This document shows, in pieces, positions 36,095 through 47,666 of a stretch of 64,000 bases of DNA. The notes under the pieces were generated by a model, which ran no database searches, was not told where the DNA came from, and worked only from the letters and a program-made list of their open reading frames with translations. Location of the stretch: assembly GCA_043228905.1 (NCBI GenBank), contig JBHGNT010000005.1, forward strand, positions 23,374,001-23,438,000, given 5' to 3'. Made by a program: the position numbers and the translations under genes. Origin of the DNA: Azolla caroliniana. Lineage: Eukaryota; Plantae; Polypodiophyta. Position 1 is the first letter of the stretch, and each line of letters opens with the position of its first letter.

Positions 36095-38937
36095 CTTCGA
36101 ATAAATCAACAGATCATCTAGATAAATGATCAAACAGATATCCAAGAGGTCTCTGAATATATCATTTGCCATGTGTTGGAAGACTGCGTGTGCATTGGTT
36201 AGGCCAAACGGCATAACAGTATACTCGAAATGCCCATACCGCGTGCGAAAGGCGGTCTTCCACTCATCTCCCGGTCGGATCCGCACGAGATTATATGCTC
36301 CTCGTAGGTCGATTTTAGTAAAAAACTTGGCACCATTAACTCCCTCTAAAAGACTTGATATAAGAGGAAGTGCATACCTATTCCGGATGGTGACTTTATT
36401 CAATCCGCGGTAATCAACGACAAGACGAAGTGAGCCATCTTTCTTCTTGACAAAGAAGATGGGTGCACCGGCCGGAGATTTCGAATGGCGGATGAACCCG
36501 CTTGCCAAGTTCTCCTCTATGTAGGCTCGAAGGACTTCTAACTCGGTGGGTGACAAGTTGTAAATTGGTCCCCATGGTGGCTCGGTTCCTGGTTGTAAAT
36601 CGATGGGACAGTCATAGGGACGGTGATGAGGAAGGGTACCGGCTTTTACCTTGTCAAATACATCGGCATAAGGATGATATTTTGCTGGAAGTTGTACTGA
36701 GGAGTCCTTCTTAATAGTGCTGGAGGGATGTACTGATATTGCAAATAGGAACATTGCCTCCTTGGGTCCTTCTTCGCGTAGTTGATGGAGTGAAATGGTC
36801 GAAACTTGGTGAGTTGATTCTTGGGGTGGTCGATATCAGACTTCTCTTGTTCTCCAATCTATGGCTGGATTATGTAATTCAAACCAAGGTAATCCTAGGA
36901 CAATGGGATTCTTTGGACTACTAATTATATTAAATGATATTACACACACAAAACTACCTAGGACAACTTGAATGGGTTCTGATTCTTCTACAATACTCCC
37001 GGAAGCAATGGGACGACCATCAATGACTACTACAGATGCGGGACAAGGAAGTTTACTTAAGGATATCTGAGAAGCTTGGGCAAAATTTCGATCCATGAAA
37101 CAGGAATTAGCTCCGGAATCTAAAAGTGCTAGGATGGGTACTGGGGGAGTACTTTTAGTACTAACAATGACTTGGGCTAGGAACACATTGCTAACTTGCT
37201 TGGAAGGAATGGGACCACTAATGGGCTGTACAGATCTAGGGCTGCTGTCCAACCAAACGACTCCTATTTTGGCTAGACTCAATCGTTTAACTCTTCATCT
37301 AATTGACTAAGGATTTCAAATTTATTTGAGATACTTGGGTTATTAGTACTATGAATACTATCAAACACTCTATTAGTATTATTAATACTATCAGACACTC
37401 CTAAGGGAAGAATTGACTCGGGTTTAGTACAGGCTACAATTTGATTTACCTGTCGTCTTGGCCTATGGGGACAATTGATTGCGATATGCCCTGGTCCACC
37501 GCAATAAAGACATAATCGATTTGCACGTCGTCGTTGCTTTTCTTCTTCCGATAACGGGTTGCGTCGACGCATGGTATCGATCTCCATCAGTGTCGAAGTA
37601 TTTGCTTGAGGAGTGTCTCGTGCAAATGTCTAGCCGCGACTGCGGCGTAAGTGGGCTCCGGCCTAGCGCGTGGTATCTGTAATTGATGTTTCGAACGCCG
37701 TTCGAAGAGGCGGTTGTCACATCGGACCGCTCGACTGATTGCCTCCGTAAGAGACTTTGGTTCTTCGGGGAAGGTTAGAAGTAGATCTTTGACATCATTT
37801 CGCAGGCCATAGCGAAACTGCTCCATTAGTGCTTGATCATCCCAGGGTATGTCGGAAGCGAGTAGGCGGAAATCCGCCGCATACGCAGAGGTTGGACGAT
37901 CGCCTTGACGCAATCGTCGGATCTTGTTGATTGCTGTCCTGATGCTGTCGGTGTCTCCAAAGCAGGCTTTGAACTCACTAATAAAATCTTCAAAGTTATT
38001 AAGCAAGGGTGATTGTTTTTCTAGAAGCGGAGCGAACCATGCTAAGGCTGAGCCGCTAAGCAACGTGCCTATTAAGCCGACTCGGGATGCATCGGTGGGG
38101 TATTAGGAAGGATGCATTTGGAGGACTAATCGTACCTAATTAAGGAATCCCCTGAATTGCGATCGCGTTCCATCAAATTTCACAGGAAGTCCAATCTTAG
38201 GCTCTTTGTGAAATCCTTGGGGACTTGATCCTTGTTGTTGTAATGCCGCTTCGAGTTGTTGCACCCGTAACGCTAACTCCCCATGTTGTTGCTACGTTTG
38301 TTGCTTTTCTAGAGCGATTTGTTGCAGATCCCCTATCAACCGTTGGTTTTCTTGTTCCAGGGCAACGAACTTTTCTTTTAGGCACTGTAACTCGGAGAAA
38401 ACGGATTGATATTCTTGGGCGCTAACAGTAGCCATAGTAGAGGGAAAAGGATAGGAGGATGAGGGAGAACGACAAGTAGGCTGGAGGAAAGAGGAAAAAA
38501 TTGGTTCAAACTGTCAGGAATAGTACTAAAGCAGAGATGGAATTAGTACTAAGAAGAGTAGTACTATTAGTACTAAGAGGACGGGACTACGTAAGATTCC
38601 CGAGAGAGAGAAAGTGAGAAGAGGAAAGAGAGAGAGATAGGATGATGACAACAACTCTTATATTATATGAAAGATAATTACAAATCGGCTAAGAGGCTTA
38701 AGACTGGTGTTGAACCAATTTGGTTCAAAACAATGCCTTGTGCCTCCTTTTATAGTGTTTTTAGGAATAATCCTGAAGCTTCTAGAATGTTCCAGAGAGA
38801 TCTGGAATATACATCAATTTTATATGATAAAGCATAAATGAAAATAATATCCTATAAAATAAAATTCATAGTCTAATGGTAAGAGCTCGACCCATGTAGC
38901 ATAAGGTCATGGGTTCGAGTCTTGCCATATCATGACA
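36095..38937 (-). mobile_element. Element G': 3'-truncated chromovirus-type Gypsy (5' LTR, gag, PR, partial RT) in the integrase of B
   Basis: LTR 38512-38937, gag 37279-38435, PR (LLDSGA) and RT to YLDD are nearly identical to G. A deletion at ~36095 removed its 3' half together with adjacent Copia sequence. Confidence 0.92.
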
Positions 38938-41900
38938 GGATGTGCACGTACGCAATGGAGCCAAATATCAGAACATGCGATATGTTCGGCTTCTTTCCGA
39001 AGAATTTCTCGTGCGGAGTAAGTTCGTGCACGCCCGATGTTGTACACCGATTCATGAGATAGATGGTCGTGTTAGCTGCTTCCACCCAATACGATTTTGG
39101 CATGTGCTTTTCGTTAAGCATAGCCCGTGCCACTTCGAGGATGTGCCGATTCTTGCGTTCGGCCACTCCATTTTAAAGTGGTGTATGCGGATACGAAAAC
39201 TCTCGCCGTATTCCTTCTTTCCGTAGAAACGCTGAAAATTTGTCGGAGAAGTACTCCTTGCCTCCATCCGACCGAAGACATCGTACATGTTGGCCCATGG
39301 CTTTCTCGACTTTATTCTTAAATTTTTGGAAGTGACCGAACACTTCGCTCTTTTGCTGCATCGGGTAGATCCAAGTGTGCCTAGAGAAGTCGTCGATGAA
39401 GGTCACGTAATATCGGCATCCGCCGAATGTCGCCGTTTGAGCCGGACCCCATACATCGGAATTAATTACGTCAAGTACGCCTTTGCTCACGTTCCGCTCC
39501 TTCGGAAATGGGTGCCAATGTTGCTTGCTGATTTGGCAAGTGACACACACGCCTTCAATCTCTTTCTCCGTGAATGTTGGGAACCCGATGACGACTCCTT
39601 TCGATTGCATTGCCTTGAGCTTTTTGGAGGTTGATATGGCCAATCCGCTTGTGCCATAACTCTATGTCGGAATCGGCTTTCATGCCCTTTGCGGTGGCCG
39701 ATTTTGCCGCAATATTCGCATTCGATTGGGGTTTGTCGGCTCGAACCGGAATGGAAGCTCCCGCTTCTTCCGAAGGTTCCTCGATGGCTTCTGTCTTGAT
39801 GCCGAAATTGCAAGTTTTTTTCGTAAGTCGGGCCTCGTCCGCCTCGTCCTTGGCCGAATCGGCCTCTTCTTGCACAACCGCGTCCTCTTCCTCCGTCCGA
39901 ATGCGTGTAGAGCATGTGGCATTTCGAGGCGTTGCTCCTCATTCAAACATGATTCTCTTCGACCAACAACATGGATTGAAGATCGAAGAAGGAGGGCAGA
40001 TTCTCCCGTGCTAATACGGCAGTCCGCATCACGCCGAATCGTGGTGCAAGGCCGCTGAGACATACTTGCACCATCTCCTCATCCTCCACGTTTACCCTTA
40101 TCGAGCCGAGTGAATCAAAAAGCCCCTTGATCTTCAAGGTGTAGCTCGTGACGGACATATCCCTTTGTTGGATATTATTCAACTCTTGGCGGAGATGAAG
40201 CTTTCTCGTGGTAGTGTTGGCGGCGAAAATCTTTCGTAGATTCTCCCATGCTTCCTTCGGCGTCTTGGCTTCTCGAATGTACCCGAGCATGTGGTCGTGA
40301 ACACATGTCGCCAAGCAATACATCACTCGGCTTGCCGCTTGCTCCCACATTGCATAGTCGGCGTCTTCCGGGTTGGGCCGATTTTCTTGTGCTCCTTTGA
40401 TGTAGCTCCAATAGCCTTGGCCGACAAGGTATTGGTGCATCTTGTACTCCCAAGATGCAAAGTTGTTGCGATCCAACTTCTCGCTAGGGAGAGCGCTCCC
40501 CATTTGAGTATTCATTGTCGATGTAGATTTCTTTCTTCTTTTCTTTTCCTTCTCTCTCGGACACGAGCTATGTAGTCGCACTACAATAGCGATGAGCCGG
40601 TTCTTCTTGAACATCGACATAGAGCACAACACACGATCACGATAAGGCGAGTGGGCTAGATCGATCTACGAAATTGCTCTGATACCATGTAAAGAATCAG
40701 ATATGATTCTTGTGAAGCGGAAGAGATGTGAGTTATATGTGTATGTGTGAGAGAAGAGAGGAGTGGAGAGAAACACAAGATAGATAAGAGGCAATATGAA
40801 GTACTCAAGAAGAAGAAGGAGATGTATATTAACAAGTAGAATATGAGATAAAAAATAGCGTTACAAGGAGTCACAACTAGCTTAGTATGAAGTATGAGGA
40901 GGTTGCTTTATATAGAGTCACCCTCTCTCTTCATTAACTTACAACAACCACTCTCTCTCTTGGGGAATGTGAAGACTCATAGTCATGGGGAATATGTAAC
41001 TCATTAGTTATTTGTCATAGAATATGATTCTATGACACATAGTTAATGTGTAGAGAGTAGTGGTGTGACTCTTGACCTTTGAGTAATCATAGATTCTCGA
41101 AAGGTGCGTTCACACATTGTGCTATGTTGAGCTTGATTCTTTACACAGACATGAATAAGAAGACCTCAAAGAAACTCTAAACTTAAGAAGAAGAAGAACT
41201 AACACATCTTCGACCTAAGTGGTATACCCTCCGAACTCAAAATGGGCAACCCTTTTAAAAGGGACCCTCCCTTACTTTTATAGCACAAGGAGGGAGGTGC
41301 GTAGCAATGTCCCGAATAAACTCATGTTCGGCACCCCCTATTATTTGCATGTATACACTAGGGTGAGTGCTCATGCCGCACCCCGCCGATGTTCCCATTA
41401 TTCCTGGTTTTCTCACTATGGCCGTGAATCTTCACGACATCCGCCCCCACCAAACCGCACGTCCACCAGTACATGCCAAATCTAAAGAAGGGCGAGCGAT
41501 TCCGGCCGTAGTGAGTAACCGGCCTTCCGTAATCCGCATCTCGGCTACCGTGTTGGACTCCGCTGGTCCGAACCGTCAGCTCCGGTTCCATCCTCGTGCT
41601 CGCCTCTCCGTAGGCTCGTTTGACCTGTCGACATGTCGTTTGCCCCGATCTCTTCTCGTACACATGCTCGTCTCGTGGCCCTTGATCGACTGTATGCACG
41701 CCATTTCTACGCCGTATACCCGGTGTCCTCCGCGTCTAAGGAGCACCCAGTAGTGGCCCGCTTGGCCCCCACCGATCGTCGTGATGCCTTGATTACTCAT
41801 TCAGTGTTGTGGTTCGCTATTGCCTTTGTCCCCTCGTTGCCACCTCCCTTCTCCTCGGTCTTACATTACCACGGCGGCCGGACTACCAAGGTCTCCAAAA

Positions 41901-43519
41901 ATGGTGTGAAGGATCCTTCTTGGGTCGTCGATGTTCTTCGAGGCAACCGACCCGACCAATTCATCCTTTGCCCCGTATTCTGGTCCAGGCACCTCTGTGT
42001 GCCGCGTAACTCTTGACTACGCCCCGCAAGAGGCTTAGTCCGCCGTCCTCCTTCGCTCAGCGCCACCCGTGCTGAACTCCGGTCTTTCTCCGTGCACGCT
42101 TCGTCGGCCCCTGCCCGACTAGATCGTGCATCGTCGCTTGTCGTTTCTTCGCATACTGGTGTCCTCCGCGTTCGAGGAACACCCTGTGTCGGCCCACTTG
42201 GCCCCTTTTGTTCCGCGGTACTGCAACTGGTTCGGCACCATACACTTGCCGCCGTTTCTTCGCCCCCACCAACTTGTTATCTCGGGTTTGGCTTGCCACG
42301 CGAGTTGTTGCCACTCCAACTGAGCCGCCGAGATCTCCGAAGCGAGTGTGGAGGATCCTCCTCCGGTCAACGATACCGTGTCCGGCTACCGATCCGTGCG
42401 GCCTATCCTACGCCCGGTTTTCGACCCGGCACCACCATGTGCTATCTTCCACTTTCCTTGCTTGGCATCGCCTATGCCGAAAGCCGTCTCGTACCTGTGG
42501 TTTACTTCGGCCCTCGACGGCCACACGCACGTCTTCCGATCCGCTTCTGAGTGTGCCCTTTCGGCTCGACACTCCGCTCCCTGCTTGGGTGTCCTTGGTA
42601 GCTTTCCGTGCTGCTACCCACGAAGGATCACTCTTGCTGATTTCGGCAGGTCTGGCCTTCATTGTTCTCGCGATGCCTTGGTTTCCCGGTTCCTCTATTG
42701 CTATGGCCTTCGTCCCCTCGCCGCCACCGTCAATATCTTGGTCTTATGTTGGATTCGATGCTGACGGCCGAAGTCTCTAGCCTAGTATGGAGGATCCATC
42801 TCCGTCCTCTCGTCTTTCCAACCCTATCCCGGGTCTTCCTTCTCCACATGTCGAGAGGGTGGCTCACTCCACACCCTCTACTGTGGTACCGCCGTACCGT
42901 GTTCCCGGCCTCTCTGTAGGCCTGCTTCCTCCACCCTTCCGGATCGGTTATCCGGAAGTCCGCTTCCCCGGTTCTCATCCGGGCTTGTCCGTCATTCCGC
43001 ATTGCCGGGTCCCGTTCTCCCGCCACCACCGTCCATCTCTCTAGGTCTCATGCTGGCACTCCTTGCTGGTTGCCGGAGTCTCCGGATTGGTGTGAGGAAA
43101 CCCATAGGACTGGTCTTCCTTTCTCTTCTACCGATGTGCTTCTCTCAAACTTGTCATCGCTCTCCTTGTTAAGATCCTGCCTCCATCTCCCATCTCTCTA
43201 AGTCTCACACCGGAACTCGTTGTCGGCTACCGGAGTCTCTGGATGAGATGTGGGGTTTCCGATTCCGAAATGACTCCCGAAGACTCGTCCAAGGCCACCG
43301 ACCCTTTTAGTGGTGTAAGTGGAAGCATCCACTCTATAATCAATCAAGCCTCGCCTGGGCTTGATTCTCCAATGTCCAGAGTTTCGGCTCTGATGCCGAT
43401 CCCGCCGGACTCGTCCTGCTCCGACCTTCGCCTTGGTCGATCTTTCTCCCCATGTAAAGAGGGTGCCTCCTCCCGCACCCTCTTCCGTGTCGGCTTCTTC
43501 ATACCAAACCCTGTCCTTG

Positions 43520-44736
43520 TCAAAAGATCCACATCCGGATTGTGCTCCATCCGAATCGGAATGCCGACCAGTTCGATCCCTGGTCGGGTCGACTTCCAAT
43601 TCCGCTCCCTTCGTCACCGGCTCTCATTTCCTCTTTCTCTGCCGCGGCTCCGTCCTCGACCTCCTCGCAAGCCGTTTCCCATCCATCTTCGCTGGCATTG
43701 TGCCAAGACTCCTCGTTGGCACCTTCCATCTCTTTGGTCTTATGTCGGCACACGGGCTCGATTGTCGGAGTCTCCAGAATCTGCGTGGAGGGCTCTTCTC
43801 CGCTTCTGACCTCCTCCTCGGCCGGCCTTTTTCCGCAAGTCGAGAGGGCATCTTGCTCCACACCCTCTCCCGTGGTACCGTGGTACCATTCTTTGGCCTC
43901 TATTTGGGCCATGTTCGCCTTGTTCGGAAGGCCGACTAGCTCAGAGTCTTCAGAATCCGTTCGCGTGCTGAATCTCTCTTCTTCTTCAACTATCGCCTTC
44001 AGAGCCTCGTACGCTTCCCGAACCAAGGCTTCGGCATCGAGCTTCGCCGATCCTTCTTGTTGCGTGCCCACCTCCTGCCGTGATGACATGTCGTCGCGCG
44101 TTATCTTCCCCTTTATCTTTGCGGACCGCTCCTCATCTAACCATCGGCATACTCGTTCGACTTCCGACCAATCCTCGGTAAGCCCATTCGCTTCGTCATC
44201 GTCTTTGGGCTCAATTCCGATGACCTCCCATTCCGCTCCATCGATCGACCTAACGAAGAACAGGACTTTGTCCATCCCCACCGGACTTTGCTCCCACTCC
44301 GGGAGCGGAGCAAGCCGCCGCTCGAACTCTCGGAACGCCTTCGTTGCGCCTGGTGGGTCTTCACCGATGCAACCCACTAGTCGAAGTCGCGTCATCCCCG
44401 GCTCTTCGGACGTCCTTCGTATGCTTGCAAGAGTGCCTCTTCGAAGGTCTCCCACGAACTATGAGCTTCTCGGAGCTCCTTTACTTCCGCGTGGATACAG
44501 ACAACTACAACCCGACAGAAGAACTCCAACCTCAACGCCTCATCTACGCCTCGCACCTCCATTTCCGTGTTGTAGGCTGCTAAGTAGAATGGGATTTTGT
44601 CCCCGTTGAAACGGATGACTCTTTCGACCACTCACTCAATAGCTCGTTGCACTGCTTCTCGCTTCATCACCACTCGTCTGAATTCCAACACCACTTCGGC
44701 CACCATCTCCGCGAAGTCATCGTATTCCGACTCCAT
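43520..44736 (-). pseudogene. gag: Degenerate gag of element D
   Basis: VIRFNGDKIPFYLAAYNTEM..., DKVLFFVRSID..., GLTEDW are homologous to the Gag N-terminus of A and C; frameshifted. Confidence 0.8.
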
Positions 44737-44825
44737 CCTCCCTTGCCGCCCTTCACGTCGGGTTCACCAAAGATGTCGCGGTATTCCGCGTGCACGTGTT
44801 GAAAGGGGCGGGACCACGGGGGTCA

Positions 44826-45967
44826 GGAGACCGTCTCTCTCCGGTCCCAGCTGCACCGGCTGTGGCGCGAAACCGGAGTGATTCCGGACGTGTACCGGAA
44901 GCTATCGAACGTGAGAGAGGGCGAGAGAGAGAATACGTGCAACACCGACTCAACATACGCTATTTATGTACAAGAATAGGAAAGAAGAAACTCTGAAGAA
45001 GCATACACAGACATAGAGGAAGATATGGATGCTAGGAGACCGTCTCTCTTCGGTCCCAGCTGCACTGGCTGTGGCGCGAAACCGGAGTGATTCCGGACGC
45101 GTACTGGAAGCTATCGAATGCGAGAGAGGGGGGGAGAGAGAATAGGTGCAAGACCGACTCAACACACGCTACTTATGTACAAGAATAGGAAAGAAGAAAC
45201 TCTGAAGAAGCATACACAGACATAGAGGAAGATATGGATGCTAGGAGACTGTCTCTCTCCGGTCCCAACTGCACCGGCTGTGGCGCGAAACCTGAGCGAT
45301 TCTGGACGCGTACCGGAAGCTATCGAACGCGAGAGAGGGGGAGAGAGAGAATACGTGCAACACCGACTCAACACACGCTACTTATGTACAAGAATAGGAA
45401 AGAAGAAACTATGAAGAAGCATACAGAGACATAGAGGCACAAAACTTCACTATATATGTACAAGAGTAAGATACAACCCCGGCTTCGAGCCGGACTAAGG
45501 TAGGTTAGGTTACAACAGTAGTTTGCTGCCAAGCCACCGATCGGGGAGCTCTCAGGCTCGTCGCGCCAAGCGGGGTCTTGCATAGGAGACCGAGCAGTAG
45601 CAAACCCCACTGGACATACAAGCCCTTCACCGAACTAAACCCTAAACAGACATGAAGAAGAAGACCTCAAAGAAACTCTTAAAGTAAGAAGAAGAAGAAC
45701 TAACACACCTTCGACCTAAGTGGTATACCCTCTGAACTCAAACAGTAGTTTGCTGCCAAGCCACCGATCGGGGAGCTCTCAGGCTCGTCGCGCCAAGCGG
45801 GGTCTTGCATAGGAGACCGAGCAGTAGCAAACCCCACTGGACATACAAGCCCTTCACCGAACTAAACCCTAAACAGACATGAAGAAGAAGACCTCAAAGA
45901 AACTCTTAAAGTAAGAAGAAGAAGAACTAACACACCTTCGACCTAAGTGGTATACCCTCTGAACTCA
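44826..45967. repeat. Tandem expansions in the 5' LTR of D: ~3 x 209 bp (44826-45437) and 2 x 227 bp (45514-45967)
   Basis: Unit starts at 44826/45035/45244 and 45514/45741. The 3' LTR has single copies. Confidence 0.9.
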
Positions 45968-46082
45968 AAATGGGCAACCCTTTTTCAAGGGACCCTCCCT
46001 TCCTTTTATAGCACGAGGAGGGAGGTGCGTAACAATGTGGGATAAATCCTATTATACATGGGATCCTCTGTCCCAAATAAAC

Positions 46083-46794
46083 TGTTGGGAGATAGGTTCC
46101 TCCGGATGGGAAGGGAGAAGAACAGTGCCGATGAACAAGCTACAGAGAGCCGGATGGTGCAGACCCGGTATAAACCGGACGAGGAGTACTCGGGTACGGA
46201 GAGCCGGATGATACAGACCCGGTGAAGACCGGATGAGGAGTACCCGGTTACGGAGAGCTGGATGATACAAACCCGGTGAAGACCGGATGAGGAGTACTCG
46301 GCTACGGAGAACCGGATGGTGCAGACCCGGTGAAGACCGGATGAAGAGACATATTCGTAAATATGTTTCTGAGAGTCCATCGAGGCTATATTTGTAAATA
46401 GCTGAAAAGTCATATTAGTATAAATATGACTTAGGGCAAACTTTTGTAGTCGTTGTCATTTCTGTTTTGCATGAGATTAGAGCGCGTAACAGTGTACAGA
46501 GAGAGAGAGAAAGAAAGAGGTCGCTGCCTCTGTTGTAACCGCTGTCTGTGGCGAAGATCGTGAGCACGAGGTCGTTGCCTCCGTGAACTCACTGTTTGTA
46601 CATTCCAACATAGTGATAGTTTGCAGCCTATGCGCTGCCGTGGTTTTTCCCTTGGTTTGGGTTTTCCACGTAAACATCTTGTGTACCTTTTTTTCTCTCC
46701 TTTGTGTGGTGCATTTAGTTCCCGTTTTTCTATGTATGATTCTAAGCTCGGTTGTGGCCGAGCGTTGAGCATAAGGAACGACCAGTTCCCGTCA
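46083..46794 (+). mobile_element. Solo LTR (Copia family of the element at 1-1300) in the 5' LTR of D
   Basis: TG...CA, 5-bp TSD TAAAC (46078-46082/46795-46799), ~3.7 x 54-bp internal repeat (~46145-46345); first 55 bp match the reverse complement of 1246-1300. Confidence 0.9.
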
Positions 46795-47666
46795 TAAACT
46801 CATGTTCGGCGCCCCCTATTATTTGCATGTATACACTAGGGTGAGTGCTCACGCCGCACCCCGTCGATGTTCCCATTATTCCCGGTTTTCTCACTATGGC
46901 CGTGAATCTTCACGGCAACGTGTGTGCATGTGGATAGATAAGAAGAGGTGTGAGTGAGTGAGTAGTGTGAATGACCAAGGGGGCTTGCACTCCTATGTAT
47001 CTACCCCTCTTGTAACTATTTCACCCCCTTATGGGAATGAATGAATATGGAACAACTTATCTCTCTTGTTCTCTCTCTCTCTCTCTCTCTCTCCTTTATG
47101 TTGAACCCTAGTGGGAGGGGGATGGAGCCATTCTAGGCACCACCCCCCACCCCGCAATGCTTATCAATCTATCAACCCTAAATGTTTATCAATCTCGCCA
47201 TCACTATTTCCATGTTCATTATTATCACTACCCCACAATGTGTATCAACATCAACACCATCTCCATCATCAATAATCAATATTCCATCCATAACCCTATT
47301 CCACCATTTCTATCTTCATCAATGCTAATCATCAACACTATCAAAATTATCAACCCCAAACCTACAACACCATTCCAACTGGAAGCATTACCCGTCAACG
47401 TCATCGCCCTTGCTTCTAGAGTTACCATCATCACCGTCCTTGCTTCTAGAGTTATTGTCATCAACATCCTTGGTTTTAGAGACGCCATCATCACCATAGT
47501 TACAGTCTTTCCTTGTAGAGATGCCTCCTCCTCATCATTGTCTTCACTGCCTCGTCTTCGGCATCATCATTTTCAACACGTCTTCATTGTCATTGTTCCA
47601 CCCTCTTCATTGTCCTTGCCATTGTCATTGTCATCATCTATAGGTATCATTTTGCATCATGATTTT

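Larger units (their letters stand above)
27087..41145 (-). mobile_element. Element B: degenerate Ty1/Copia inserted in the 3' LTR of D
   Basis: LTRs 27087-27546 and 40688-41145; iMet PBS TGGTATCAGAGC 40676-40687; PPT at 27547-27556; fragments of gag (39943-40515), integrase (38938-39690) and RT/RNase H (27560-28720, 35505-36090); protease region deleted; interrupted by C and G'. Confidence 0.92.
26618..46917 (-). mobile_element. Element D: non-autonomous Trp-primed Gypsy with degenerate gag only
   Basis: 3' LTR 26618-27086 + 41146-41439 (split by Copia B); 5' LTR 44774-46917 (expanded); TSD ACGT (26614-26617/46918-46921); Trp PBS 44752-44769; PPT GTGGGGGCGGA at 41440-41450 (-). Confidence 0.88.

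Noticed and set aside
38862-38937. Functional tRNA genes in LTRs
   Set aside because: Acceptor, anticodon and T stems do not pair properly; only the A/B boxes and their spacing are retained.
43243-44609. 355-aa and 188-aa + strand ORFs
   Set aside because: Antisense shadows of the degenerate gag region of D.
46006-46413. 135-aa ORF with 18-aa repeats
   Set aside because: Translation of the 54-bp tandem repeat in the solo LTR.
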